From the NCBI RefSeq assembly GCF_009914755.1, contig NC_060925.1: a stretch of DNA of 64,000 bases, one strand, 5' to 3'. Of the stretch, positions 1-17,183 are shown piece by piece. The translations under genes were made by a program, and so were the position numbers. Source of the DNA: the human T2T-CHM13v2.0 reference genome, Homo sapiens. Below the pieces are notes generated by a model, which saw only the letters and a program-made list of their open reading frames with translations, ran no database searches and was not told where the DNA came from. Positions within the stretch are counted from its first letter, which is position 1; each line of letters opens with the position of its first letter.

Positions 1-751
1 AGAAGACTGACGGCGGAGGGGGGTTCTCCATACAGCAAGCAAGCAATCAGTTCTGCAGTGGACACCAGCTGAGTGTACTCCAATTCAATTTTTACACTAT
101 TTATCAGGAGATCCCACAGGTTGAGGACTGAGTCTACCAGACTGCCCCCACTTCAAATGCCAGTTCCAAGTCTGGGCCTCCAGAACTTCTGACCAACCAT
201 TTCCAAGCTGGGGTTCCCATGGCTTCCTCCTTTGCATTGTATTAATTTGCTAGAGCAGTTCATGAAACTCAGAGAAACACTTGGGTTTACTGGTTTATAA
301 CAAAAAATACAGATGAAAAGATGCATAAGGTAAAGTATGGGGGAAGGAGCATGGAGCTTCCATGCACCTCCACTGGGTGCGCCGCCCTTCAGGAACCTCT
401 ACATGTTCAGCTATCCAGAAGCTCTCCAAGCCCTGTCCTTTTGGGTCTTTGTATGGAGGCTCCATTGCATAGGAATCACTGATTAAACCATTGGCCATTG
501 GTGATCGGCTTAACCTTCAGCCCCTCTCCCCTCCCCGGAAGTTGGAGGTGGGCTGAAAGTCCCAACTCTCTAATCCTCCCCTTGTTCTTTCTGGTCACCA
601 GCCCCCATCCTGAAGCTACCTAGGGGCTGCCAGACATCAGTCAACTCATTAATAAACAAAACGACATCACACTTTGGTGTTTCTAAGGATTTTAGGAGTT
701 GTATGTCAGGAAGTGGGGTTGAAGACCAAATATATATTTCATAATAGCACA
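1..751. mobile_element. MER21-family LTR (cut by window start)
   Basis: Motifs 'ggacaccagctgagtgt...caattcaatt', 'gatcccacaggttgagg', 'gaaagtcccaactctctaatc' and terminal 'tatatttcataatagcaca' resemble the MER21 consensus as recalled. Confidence 0.7.
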
Positions 752-841
752 ATCTTTCAGCTTATTTATTTTCTCTTGGCTTTATCTATCCTGTTCTGGA
801 TTTATCCCTTGTTGAATTTTTATGTCAATAATCAAATTTTA

Positions 842-1244
<403 letters not shown>

Positions 1245-2614
1245 TCAGTCACCAAGGTAAGGAGATGGGTGGATATTCCTACTGTGGTACCTGAACTGTC
1301 ATCCTGTCAGTTGCCCCAAGACCAACTTTTGTCTCCTGGTTCCAAAACATGTGGATCATTTTTTGGTCCACTCCTGTCTTCTGCAGAAGTCCTCCTTGGC
1401 ACTCTTCACTGTTACCCCATCTGCCATCTTTGTCAATTTTTTATCATTTCTAGGAATTTGGGGTGGAATATGAGAAGAAAGCAACATATCTTCAGGACAC
1501 AATCTTGAATCAGTAGCTATTTTTCACCTGTGCATTAGAGATGGGAAACTTGCAGAGCACTTAACAGGACTTCCCTACGATCACCAACTAGTATTTATTG
1601 AATTGTTTATTAGTAGGAAACATTAAGCAATTATCCTTCATAAAAACATTATGAAGTAAGCATTACTATAGTCCCAGTTTTAAGATGAGAAAACACAGAT
1701 TAAAAACATCCTAAAGAGCAGAGCCAAGTTACACTCCAGGTGGTCCGTCTCAGAAGCCTGAACTCTTTACTAATACACTATACGATGGCATATCCGGGTG
1801 ATTTTGGGAACACATTATACTTCTACCCTGCCAGGAGGGCCAAATGTATTTACTTTGTCATCTCTGTGCTGTAAGGGGCCACATTTCTACCCATCAACTC
1901 AATCTACATTACTCAAGCATGCTTGTAATTCATAGGTTATTTCCTCATGCCAGGAAGAACAGTCACAGTTCTGTTTCATTACGCTTCTATCTTTGAGACT
2001 CAAATTCCCCCCTCCCCACTATAAATTATTTGCACATACTAGTCTAGAAAAATTTAATATGCCACTTTCCCCCACAAACACATCTCCACAATCATAAACA
2101 CCATGAAATAAACTTCTCTTAGACAAATGAAAAAGTTTCTTACCTTTTTCTCCAGGCTAAGGATCAAAATTCAAGTTTTACTTGGTTAACTCTCCTGCTA
2201 ATCTGAAAACTGTCTTCTACTCTATAGATGCTTGCTGTTTCAGGGGGGCAGGCGGGAGTTATTTAAGAATAATTTCCATTACCTAATACCTTGATACTAA
2301 TGTGAAAAAAATTATGAAAATCAGAGGTCAAACACTTAAAAAGATCCATGAAAAATCTCCTACAAAGACACTTAAATAAGTAAAATCATCAAATTTTCAT
2401 AATGTGACAGGGAGAAGATTGAAGAAACCAAAAAAAGCAAGTATGTTCCTTTGCTGGAACTAATCCTATGGCTAATATATATACAAGTTAATCAGCATAC
2501 CTTTCTCCTGCTCATTATTCTACATATAATATGGGTCTTAAGTAAGTAAACATTCCAAACTAGATGAAATACAGTTCCAGAGAGAAATTATAAGTAGTTT
2601 AAGACTTAACCCTT

Positions 2615-3231
2615 TGTATTAGAGTTCTCCAGAGGGACAAAACTAATAGGGGAGACATATATCTATAGATATAGATAGATGATAATAGATTAGATACAGA
2701 TATATTAAAAGGAGTTTATGAAGGAGAATTGGCTCACATGATTACAAGGCAAAGTCCTACAGTGGGCCGTCTGCAAGCTGAGGAAGAAAGAAGCCAGTAG
2801 TGGTTCAGTCTGAGTCCAAAAGCCTCAAGAGTAGGGAAGCCCACAGTGCAGCCTTCAGTCTGTGGCCTAAGGCCCAAAAGCCCCAGGCAAGCCACTGGTG
2901 TTAAGTCCAAGAGTCCAAAGGCCAAAGAACCTGGAGTCTGATGTCCAAAGGCAGGAGGAATGGATGGAGGCATCCAGCACAGGAGAGGGATGAAAGCCAG
3001 AACTCTGCAAGCCAGCTTAGCCCACCTTCTCTCTCCTGCTTTGTTGTAGCTACCCTGGCAGCCGACTGGATGGTGCCAACCCACATTGAGGGTGAGTCTT
3101 CCTCTCCTAGTCCACTGACTCAAATGTTAATCTCCTCTGGTAACACCCTCACAGACACACCCAGAAACAATACTTAGCTATCTAGGCATCCTTTAATCCT
3201 ATCAAGTTGACACCTAATATTAACCATCACA
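2615..3231 (-). mobile_element. MLT2 (ERVL) solo LTR
   Basis: TG...CA ends: 'tgtattagagttctccagaggga' to 'aagttgacacctaatattaaccatcaca'; flanked by near-identical 5-bp 'ccctt'/'cccta' target duplication. Confidence 0.85.
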
Positions 3232-4744
3232 CCCTAGGATTTAGAATTTTCTTAAGAACACTGAATGACCCTTGCCCAGGATCGTATCTGTGCTGTGTCT
3301 GAAGTCTTAGACTCCCTCCTGGCCTAAAGAATTTTCCTTCAATGCAATGAAAAATGATAATCCCACAAACTAGAAACCAAGACTTGTGCAAAATCAAAAC
3401 ATTGCAAAGGTGGGTGTGGGGAAATCAAGCTATTATCTTTAGGTATATTCTATTCCTAGGTGTTTAAAACACTAATATTAAAAAGTGATATGGAGCTTCA
3501 CCTACCCTCTGGTAATTTGCAGTTATTGTCCTTTGATCATGTAAAGCAACTGAGATCATTTGCTCCTGACCTCACGTCACTAATCTATATCCTTCATTTT
3601 TTGCTCCAAGTGTTCCTTCTTCTGAGTGCCTAGTGCTGCTCCAGTACCTAGATATCTCTCTCTCCCCCTCTCTTTCTGTCTCAATATCCAATCAATCCCA
3701 AGCTGTATTAGCTCTTTACCAACTTTGGGAAAGTGGACCAGTATCCAGGCTTGGATAAACCAAGGAAAAATACTAAGGAACTGCTTAAAGCTCTAGTGGT
3801 TCTTCTACTTTGCTGTTTCTGGCTTTGGCCATCTAAAGCAAAGTTCCTTGGATTGGTTGACAGTGAGATAGTCTCTAGATTCTTGTGTCTCTTTTTAGTA
3901 GGACCACCTAAGATGTATCATCCATTGTATAATGAGTTCTTGACCAAAGAAAAGAAATCTTAAGGTCTTCGGACTCTGTCATCTTTCTTGTTTGCCACTC
4001 TTTGGACTGTAATTTGAAGAGAAAAAACCTTGTTTTCTTGTGAAAATTTTGGATGCTGAGTAGTTGACAACAACAGTAACTTCAGCTAGAAAATGCTGGA
4101 AACAATTTAATAAGCAGAAATGATTAAATCCAAAATCATCAACATGACTCCACCAACCCCATTTTTAAATTTCTATTTAAACATTTCCCAAATTATTTGC
4201 ACATTCTTCTTTTGGCTGTAAGTCTTGTTTTTCTCTATGCTAGCTAATAGTTTTCTAGATAATTTCTATTCCCTTGACTTGTTCTTATGTTAAATCCTCA
4301 AAATTAAGAGCTTTCAACTCAAAAATCAGAAATAGGAAAGAAGTGTTTAATGAAATGATTTCACTTTTTTCTGAAAGTATTGACATGAAGTATTAAAAGC
4401 ATCATCTGATAGAAAAAGAAGGTACTTGCCAAATGTTATATCGGCCTTTATAGAGCACTAGTAACAGACACTATAAAGTCTCATTTCCTAATTTATTATT
4501 TTCCTAATGGGCCACATAGCAGACACTGAAGGTTCTACATAACAAAGGTCCTACAAGTAAATTGTGAAAATCCCTTATTGGATGGTGTTTTTAGAATACA
4601 GAAGGTCTTATTTCCTTAATGCAAGATGCTTAGGGAAGTCACTCTCAAGTCACTAGAAATCTATTAAAGCACCACTTGCTGGAAAATGGAATGTGCTCTG
4701 GAAGTACAATGGTGCTCTTGCTAGCGCCTTCCTAACCATAACAA

Positions 4745-5030
4745 TAATAAGAACAACACTGATCAAATATTTACCATGTTCCAGCCACTGTACTAAGTGC
4801 TTTGGGTACATTACCTCATTTAATCTTCATATCAAGCCTAGAAGGTAGTTTCCATTATGTTTTCCACTTTACAGGGGAATAACTTGAGGATCAATTTGCT
4901 GTAAGGAAGTTTATTTATCACAACAAGTAAAGAAAGTTTTCCAAGGTCATACAGTCCTTACGTGGGGAAGCTATACTCAAAGCTGATGTTCATCGCCACT
5001 ACAGGCTAGTGCCTTCTCAGCAAGAACTAC
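4745..5030 (-). mobile_element. MIR
   Basis: 'ccagccactgtactaagtgcttt...attacctcatttaatcttca...ccactttacagg...ttccaaggtcatacag' is typical of the MIR core. Confidence 0.65.
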
Positions 5031-5819
5031 TCTTACAGTGCTAAGAGGAGAAATGGGCAAGGTGGTAAGAGCCAGAATATCTGTTGTTGATATTACAGAT
5101 ACAGCTCTGAACTTAAGACCCTAAAAATGATCTCCAACCTCAGTTGCCTCTGAGAGCCTTCAGCATGATATGTGATCATGTGAGAGCCACGTTATGTGTA
5201 TTCTTTTTACCACCTCTTCTGTATCCATCTGGAGATAGTTCTCTTTTCTGTTTTTTCTAGAGGAAAAAAACAACGACAAAAAAACAGGGAGATCTTAGCA
5301 GAACCAAAGCAGATTAGATATTAGCCTTGAAAATGGTGACAGCAATCAGTGATATTGAACCTGAAATAATTTAAATAATTATCGGGGACTTACCAGAGCT
5401 AAGTTCGTGGACCACTGGGATTTCTCTTATTTGGGTCTTATAGTGTTCCATAAAGTGATGGGACTATAATTGTCCATCTTCAAGTATCCTTCTATGACTC
5501 ATGTATAATCCCTTGACTTTTAGGAGATTCCTGGCAGTTAATGTCAATACTGCCCTTCATAATGCTTCTGAGTTAGCTTAGGTAAGGTCCTTAAATACCC
5601 AATGACTTATACTCTGAGGCTTCTAAACTGGTATGTGGACCTCGGTGGTTGCAACTTCACCCAAATCCTCATTCTGTGTTGTGCTGTCCCTAATTTAGAG
5701 GGCAAAAGATTTCAAACTCAATCATTTCTTGTTAAATTCAACTCTTGGAGCTCCACCTGTCATAAACACAATCCCATTTCCCATGTACTCAGTTACTTCT
5801 GTTTCTTGAATCCATCATT

Positions 5820-7320
<1,501 letters not shown>

Positions 7321-7338
7321 AAAAAGCTTATTCACTCA

Positions 7339-7994
<656 letters not shown>

Positions 7995-10900
7995 TCACAC
8001 CCCAAGAAAATCAAGCTAGGACCATGGTGAGCAATGCTCCAAGAGTGTTCTGATGCTGTAAACTGAGTATGATGTGCATAAATTGTTTTGCACTCTGCAG
8101 GTAGGAGGGTGGGATAGCCAAAGCTGTTCAATATAATAATATTAAAAAATAAAATCTCAATTGAAGTAAAATACAAATTTTCTTAAGCAATATTTTAAAG
8201 TAAATGGAAATGTTACAACCTGGATGAGGGGTGAGGAATTAATAACCTCTAATCACAGAATAAAAATGGAATGAGAATTCCATCTACCCAAATCAGACAA
8301 TTAAAAAGTTGAAAGAGGTTACAGTAAAAACTGGGTAAAACTAAAACTTAAAAAATAATTTCAGAGGATACATGATATACTCGTCACACAGAAAACTCCA
8401 GTTGAACCTTATGGACTTGAGGAATGGATACCTTTGTGTCTCCATCACTTAGCACAGTAGCTGGCACCATGTAAGTTCTCACAGAATTTTCCTGAACTCT
8501 CCAACCAGAGGCAACCTTTCACTCTCCATTCACATAACATTTCCTTCTTTCTCTTCTTTTGGGAATAACATATCTTGCTTGAATTATATTTATCTTTATG
8601 CCAGTTTAATTCTCTCTTTTAGATTCATTTACATCTTTGTATCCTCTAGCTCATTATTTTTTCAAAATAAAATGGATTAACATAAAAAATTATTAAAGAG
8701 ATAAACTAAAGGAAAATATTACAACCTGGCTGAGGGGCAAAAATTTTATGTTCAACATATATTTGATAATACATACTGAGAAAACACGGTCTACTTTTAC
8801 TTTTCAAAAGTTTGTTCATGTTGACATTGTGGGGCCTAGAAGATTTTTATCAAGTTTTCTATTTTTGCCAAGTCATATGATCTGCTATAGTTCAGCTATA
8901 GTTAATCAAATGTAGAAAAGAAAAAAATTTTCCATAATATCTAGTAATTCTCCAAAACAAGCTTGTTCCTAGTTAAACACTGACATTCTTTGGTAACTCT
9001 CACTTTATCCCACAGAGGTCATGTACTTATTTCCCATCTGTTGTCCTATGCTTACATTCCAAATTCAGTTGCATTGACTTTTAGAACAGCTTTAGGAACT
9101 GCACCCAGTTTTAAAATACATTATTTGTCTAAAAATTATGACATGAGATTAAACTGTCATCTTTGTAGGTTTCTACACATACTCCAACTCATTCACCAAT
9201 CCTTGAAAAGATTATGTAACCAATCTCAATGCCCTGACCCAGGCCAAGCCCATTTCTACATGTGCAGTGTTCTCTGGATCTGATATTTAAAGCCCCTTAT
9301 CCTGATACTACACACCTTTTGTCTTCTGGAATGCACCTCTCTTCTCATCCTTTTTCAAGGCACTAGAAAAGCAGACCATTTCTGCAGCACCTCAAACCAG
9401 GGTGAGAAAGCTCCACTCTAATCTCATCATTTTAGCTACATAGATACATCGGCTCAAGGGAAGATGCCAAGTGTAGTACTTTACCACTCTGAGGATTTTT
9501 GAATCTATAACAGTTGTTTCAACTGGGCCAATAATTATGAAGGGCAATAATTAAAAGAGTATCCATAGTAAAGGAGTAAGAAAAAAAGTTAGAAAAAAAG
9601 TAGAGAAAAATATTTACTAGAGTATTTACTAGAACCCACCACTCTCAGATCAATTTTCTAGTGTTCTGTTGACTGGCAACCAGTCAACAAACTTTCATTG
9701 AGAAGCTATTTTATAGTAGGCATTGGGATAGCCTTTGTGGAATAAATACCGAGAAGCATATGTCTCTAGCAGAAGACAGACAAGAAAATGTAAAAACAAG
9801 AAAAAGAAATTGAGGAATAAGCCTACAGTTTAAAAAGCTACACAATTATTCGTTATGCAAGGAATGAGGCCTTAAGAGAAAGACTTCCCTGTGAACTACA
9901 ATGAGATGAAAAAGCTTCTCAGAGTGAGATTTGAGCAAGAGTTTAAAAGAACTGACAGACTGATAAAAAGCTTCAAGTAGTCCAGAGGACTGAGTACTAA
10001 AACTCAGAACAATGTAACAAAAGCACAGAAGACAAAGTTAAAATGCTTTACATGACAGTAGAACATTTAGGCTAAGCTGGAGGACTGGGGAGAACAAGTG
10101 AAGAAGGTAAGTTTTGGCTAGATAATAGGTGGCCTTTAGTGTCAGGATGAGGATTTGGAAGTTAATCTTTTGGTCAGTGGATAATAAATGATGGCATTTG
10201 TGTAGTTGAGCCAGTTGACAATGCTTTAACAACTTCAAAAGGCCCTGAAAAACATGGTCCCTAATCCTTAAGAAAAAAGGAACTCCTGACTTCAGGACCC
10301 TAAGCTAGGAGGAAATTGGATAAATTCTCTTATGGCCCAACTGTATAGAAAATAGACCACCTCGGCCGTCTCACTTACTGAGTAACCTTTCCTACCAGAG
10401 AATGTGCTATATATGATTTCTTTACTTTCAACGGAAATTTTGGATTCTCAGTTATCTTTCCCTGACCTCTTGTCTGGTGATCAGAAAAAGATGACTAAAC
10501 TGGGAATCTTTATTTTCTAGTGGAAAAAAAAAATCATGTATACCGCATTTTATATCTTTTAATTGGGTGTAAATTTGAATTTCAACATCATAAAAATTAG
10601 TAAAATTCATTTTAAGCACAAAGTTGTTAATTCCCCCAAGATTTATCAAGAATGGCTTAATTTCAAAGGCTGTCAAGTTAATTATAAGCTAAGATTTTCC
10701 AGTTGCACCAAGGGTATATTTTATTTGGCAAAAGAAACATCCACTGGCTTTTGTCAGGATGAGTCTTGAGTTATTCAAGTTTTGAACTGAGAGGTCTTCA
10801 GAAATTCACCCCACATATTAACTGTGGCCTTCTCTACACCACAAATTCCCCTCCACTCATCCTCAAATTGTTTCCTTTCTCAGGACATCTGTGACACAAA

Positions 10901-11269
10901 GACTGTGACACACCCACAGGTCGATTAACATGAGGACCCAACACCTATTAAAACATCCACACTCCTGAGAACACTAAAAACCAACCACCTCGTCAGGTCC
11001 CACCTCCAGTCTAGCTGAATCAGGAAACCTCAGGAGAAGCACCTGGAAGCAGGTTTAACAAGCGCAAAGGTGACTCTTATAATTGGGAAAGTTTGGAACC
11101 AAGACAGGGTTCTTGTCCTGGAGGAAGTATTTTCCTGTGGAGAAGGACCTGTAAACAGCCTATGAAGTGCTCAGCTTTCACCAAGAAAAGAAAAACATGG
11201 GCTGATAGGGTTAAGGAAACGTTTGACTGAAGAGGATTAAATCCTGAAGGTTAGGGATGTCTTTGGGCG

Positions 11270-11500
11270 CTGGGGTCTCTCAATCACCAAAGATCGACAT
11301 TACAGGCCAGGTAGCTCTTTGTCCCCCCAGAGGACTGTCCTGTGCCTTATGCTTAGCACTCCTGGCCTCTGCCCATTGGATACTTCTAGCACCTCCCCCG
11401 CAACACACACACACCTGACAACCCAAAACATCTACAGATATTGCCAAATACTCCACAGGGGGTGGGGTGGTGGCAATATATCTCCCTGTTTGAAGTCACT
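11270..11500 (+). mobile_element. MER20 (hAT DNA transposon relic)
   Basis: 'ctgtcctgtgc...cctggcctctgcccattggatac...tgacaacccaaaacatctacagatattgccaaat' resembles MER20. Confidence 0.75.
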
Positions 11501-11993
11501 GGAATGGAAGTTAGGGGAGGATGGCTAAGTCAGGACTTGCAAAAAGGCTAAGGGACGAAAGCACATGGCTATATTAGACAAAGTTTGTGACAGACGCCTG
11601 TAGGTATATGGTAAGGAAAACAGATTAAAACACTAAGAAATAGTAAGAGGTCGGACCGAGGGTTTCTCATCTGTATGGGAAATCTCATCTCGTTCATTAC
11701 TTTCAGAAACAAAAAGGAAAACGACTTTAAAGATACAGGTTAAAGGCCGAAGGGGTGTAGAACCACCCCCCGCCTCCTTCCCTCCATCCCTCCCAAATAT
11801 CCCAGAACGAGTCAAACCTTTCGAATCTCGTAGCACAGATAACAAGCAACTCAGTAAGACTGGACGGGGATGACTGAGGGCCAACTCATTACAGGACTAC
11901 AGGAAACTCCTTAGTCCTAAACCCGAATGCATCCGTGACCATGGTAACACTCCCTACCTGACCAAAAGCTATCAAACGCTCTGACAAGTGTTT

Positions 11994-12035
11994 ACAGCTG
12001 CTTTCTCGATTACTGAAGTGGCTCTGAAAAGAGCC
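11994..12035 (-). terminator. Histone 3' stem-loop (12020-12035) and U7-binding HDE (~11994-12007) of H2BC18
   Basis: Minus strand reads GGCTCTTTTCAGAGCC then GAGAAAGCAGCTGT. Confidence 0.95.
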
Positions 12036-12077
12036 TTTGGGGTTAGGTGGTTGATCTATTGCGTCCCTTGCACACTC

Positions 12078-12485
<408 letters not shown>

Positions 12486-12532
12486 TTAAAGAAGTAATCC
12501 GAACTACCGCAAAACGGGCTGGTTATGCGCTA

Positions 12533-12630
12533 CTTATAGAGCCCGTATGCAAATGAAGACTCGCAAAGTGCTGCGCTTTCATTGGTTAACTTACAACGGT
12601 GTCGTCAGAGGGGGTGGAGTCTATGTAAAT
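12533..12630 (-). promoter_or_regulatory. H2B promoter: TATA (12533-12538), octamer ATTTGCAT (12547-12554), CCAAT (12581-12585), octamer-like ATTTACAT (12623-12630)
   Basis: Motifs read directly; an Oct-1 octamer just upstream of TATA is the H2B subtype element. Confidence 0.9.
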
Positions 12631-13335
12631 AATAGATTCTAGTCTTGCTTCCTTAATGGTCACTGTAACAAAAGTCTTGTTATCCTATCAGAATGGTCCA
12701 TTTCACACTAACCAGTTTTAAGCTAGGTGAAGCGATAGTTTCTACGGCTTGGGGTTTTTTCTTGGTTTTCACTTTCCATTAGACTTGCATACGGAAGAAA
12801 TCTTAACGCCAGCTAGACAAGTTAACTCTCTTGCCTCGTTTTTGCATTTTTATTCTATACTTTGTGGAAATTTTTTTCTCTTCCTTGAAATACTACCTCA
12901 CCCATTTTTAAAAATCGCCAGATATTTACTCCCGCCCGCTTAAATTACTATTCTGGCTTGGACACCGCCTGTAGTATGCAATGAGGAAGATGCTGAGCTT
13001 TAATTAAGCTTATAGTTCCTAAATAAACCAGGAAACGGGTTTATAATTTTTAAGGGACTCGCCCCACCCTTACACTCAGGATCTTCCACATCTAGAAACT
13101 CCCCATAGTCTCTTGCCCCCATGCAAAACTTTACCCACAGAATTGGGAGCCGGACCTCTAGCCTTAAACCAGCGTGAAAACGCTCGGCCGGAACCACAAG
13201 GACCATGCCTCTGCGGCTTTCTCTACTGCCGGCCAACTCACGGCTGGGCTTTGGGTTCTGTAACGTCACCCACCACGAGTGCCCCTGGCCCCTGACCGCT
13301 GCGCAAGGCAGACGCACATCAGATGGAGAGCCGGT

Positions 13336-13378
13336 ACAGCTGCTCTTGATGAAAACGGCAGTGGCTCTGAAAAGAGCC
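13336..13378 (-). terminator. Stem-loop (13363-13378) and HDE (~13336-13347) of H3C13
   Basis: Minus strand GGCTCTTTTCAGAGCC then AAGAGCAGCTGT. Confidence 0.95.
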
Positions 13379-13405
13379 TTTAGATCGACCACTTAAAAAT
13401 ATGCC

Positions 13406-13822
<417 letters not shown>

Positions 13823-13852
13823 TCATTGATAGGAGAGGGTCTAGGCAGTCAT

Positions 13853-13919
13853 ATTTATAGACATAGTCTCCTCTTGATTGGGCCTGAAAAGGAAATTTTC
13901 AAACTTGTGATCTCATTGG
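13853..13919 (-). promoter_or_regulatory. H3C13 promoter: TATAAAT plus two CCAAT boxes
   Basis: atttata at 13853-13859; attgg at 13877-13881 and 13915-13919. Confidence 0.85.
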
Positions 13920-15365
13920 TTAAAATTCAATCCTCTTTACTGGGGCGGAAGATTGTTCTGCTAATCTTTCTTCCCTTATTATTTCCCCCTTTCCTGATTT
14001 TTTTCTGTAATTTTATCGATCACGGATTGTTTTTGAAGACTTTCCTTTAAATTAGTCTAACTTTTGTAAAAGCAATGTATAAAGTGTTTTGCATCCCATT
14101 TTAACAGAGATTTTTTTTTTCCCCGAATTCAAGCATGCCCTTCTATGAGCTATCAGCCTGTTTCAGGTTACCTGTTACTGTAGCTCTTCTACCATAGCTA
14201 ACATTTATTTCATGTCTGGCATTTTGCTCAGCAAGTTAGATGCATTGTATACCATGAATGACCGAAGCTTAGCAAAAAAATATGTAATTGAAGGAATGAA
14301 AAAATTGATCTTATTTACTTGACCTTGGAACCCAGCCAAAGCCATTTCATGTGGGTAGTGTGCTGACCTATATTGACCTGATATTAGAGCCTCTGCCTTC
14401 CTTTAGTCTTTTCTCCCTGCGATGTGGTTCCTTCTTCCTCAACCTCACATCAATGGCCAATTAGGTCCTGCAGATGTTAAGCTTCTAAATCAAAGAAGGA
14501 CAACACCAGAAATTCATTTCTCCTTTACAATGTAGAATAGTTTGTAAATTAGTGCTTATTAGCCAGATTACAAGTTCAAGTTTCAAAGCAAATTATTCAT
14601 CAATTGCTGACTTGCTAACATTTTATTCAATAAAGTATTTTATAATGCTTAAAAGTTTAGTTTTTTTTCTGTTCTCTATGAAGAGAGTAAAGATGCTTTG
14701 CTTTTTCAATTTCATGTGCTTTGAAGTATGTATTGTTCAGAACAGTAAATATCATAGTGGTTATGTAGAAGCAACTGATACTTAAAAGTTGTAGTAGTTA
14801 ATATAAAACTTTTAATCATATCCTTATTTTACTAAAAAAATCATTACAAACTATAAAAACTCAAACCTGAGAAAAGCAGGCCCGAAACGCTTAAAACTTA
14901 CTTTGATGGTGTCATTATGAACTATCTTCCTACTGAAGTCAAAGTAAAGTAAAAGTGATTTCAAGGGGACTTCCTGAACACTAAACACAAAGTAGAAATC
15001 TGTGAGCTTAATTAATATCTTCAAGAGTCTCTCATGGGCAGAAGCATCCTCCTCTCGAGAGATCTAAAATGTACAAAAGTGTAACTGATGTGAACAAATG
15101 TTATCCCTCTCTGTGGTAGTTTTGTAATAATGCCTTACAGACAGCAGGCACTACTCAGTGTTTAAAGTTCTTCTACATACACTTTATCATTTAATCCCTA
15201 CTCTGTGAAATAGATGTTACTCTTCTCACTTTACAGATAAGAAAACTGAGTCTCAGAGAAATTATGGCTTGTCCTGGGTAAGTAACAAAGCCTGTGTAAT
15301 ATTCTAAAGCAAAAGAATGAAACTGTAATGATGAAACTTTCTATTTCATTAGGCTTAGAGGATAC

Positions 15366-15678
15366 CTTTTTTTTTTTTTTTCATTTGAGATGGAGTCTCA
15401 CTCTGTCACCCAGGCTGGAGTGCAGTGGTAGGATCTCTGCTCACTGCAGCCTCTGCCTCCTGTGTTCAAGCAATTCTCCTGTCTCAGCCTCCTGAGCAGC
15501 TGGGACTATAGGCGCAAGCCACCACCCCCAGCTAATTTATTTATTTATTTGTATTTTTAGTAGAGACACGGTTTCACCATATTGGTCAGGCTGGTCTCGA
15601 ACTCCTGACCTCAGGTGATCCACCCTCCTCGGCCTCCCAAAGTGCTTGGGTTGCAGGCATGAGCCCCACGCACCCAGC
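15366..15678 (-). mobile_element. Alu (AluS)
   Basis: Poly-T then reverse-complement Alu body. Confidence 0.92.
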
Positions 15679-16748
15679 CAACACAGTTTAAAGCACAAAA
15701 GCGTTTTCCCATCAAGCAATCACATCATCTAGTATTTCTCAAACATCTACACCCAACTATTCCCATTAGAAGGGAAAACTACCCCATGGAATCTGGATGA
15801 TAGCCCAAAGCAGCCCACCCAAGCATCACATTTCTTTGCAATATACTTTCTCTATGATGTATGCAGTCTTGACCATAATGTAGGATGTGTTCATTTAAAT
15901 AAGAAAATGGCATTCAATCAGACTTTAATGGCTATAGGTATCATTTCTCAGAATAAAACAATCAGATGTATAGTTGCCTTAAAAGTCATCTTTAATAACA
16001 GAATTCAGATCAATTGTTAGTTCAATTTCACCTAGTCCCCACATTGGACACTAGAGTGACATTTCTGTGAAAGGTCTCAATCCACCACTATATCAGAAGC
16101 AACTTTATGGTGCAAAAGAAGCTCTGCTTTTCTTCAGTTGTAACAAAGACGGAATATTCCTCCTAAAATTTTTGAAGTGTCCTTCAGCAGAAATTATAAG
16201 GCTGTGCAGCTTGAATACTGAGAACAGAAATTTCATTAGGTAGCACGGGGGAATAGACAAGAGAAGATTAAAATTTACCTAACAAGAAATAAGAAGGCAA
16301 AAGAAAATATTAATAAATGAATTATTACGCACATAATGTTTTGTATGTACATGTGTTTACTTTTAATACAAAAGTAACGGACTAAGTTAACATAGATGTT
16401 CCAATAAGATAATTTATGTTTCATTTTTGGCTTCAAGTATCCTCAGGGTTATAAGTATCATAAGCTGAGACCAGCTGAATTGGTTTGTGGGTTGATGAGG
16501 CCCTATGCCTGATTTGAATTTCTCTTGAATGGTCTGCAGCCCTGGACCAAGTTGAAGAAGCCATGAGAGTCTCAGCTTTTTTCCTTACCCCATTATGAGA
16601 TAAACTCATTCCTTAAATATCTTGCTCATTTGATAAAACTTGGCACCTTTCTCCTTTCTACTGGTCCCTAATACTTACTACCTGTACTGTAAGCTCAAAT
16701 TTTTTGCAATTTCTGCCTTTATTATGTAACGTATTCCACTGGAATATG

Positions 16749-16961
16749 TGTTACAGGAAAGGGGTCCCGATCCAGACCCCTAGAGAGGGTTCTTGGATAT
16801 CCAGCAAGAAGGAATTCAGGGCCAGTCCATAAAGTGAAAACAAGTTTACTAGGAAAGTAGAGGAATAAAAGAATGGCTACTCCATAGAGAGAACAGCCCT
16901 GAGGGCTGCTGGTTGCCCATTTTTATGGTTATTTCTTGATTATATGTTAAACAGGGGTGGG
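16749..16961 (-). mobile_element. MER41-type ERV1 LTR, 3' fragment
   Basis: 'tgttacaggaaaggggtcccgatccagacccc...gaatggctactccatag...ctgctggttgcccatttttatggttatttcttgattatatg' matches the recalled MER41 3' end; truncated at an Alu half (~16963-17073). Confidence 0.75.
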
Positions 16962-17183
16962 GGGGTGGACCACGCCTATAATCCCAGCTACTCCAGAGGC
17001 TGAGACAAGATCATTTGAACCCCGGAGGCAGAGGTTGCAGTAAGCTGACATCGCTCCACTGCACTCCAGCCTGGACCACCCAGGGATAATCCGTCCCCCG
17101 CACCCCGCCCCCCCAAAAAAATCACTGCCAGTAAGGAACAAACAGCCAGGACGAAGTACTAAGATGTAAAGAGATGTAAAATA

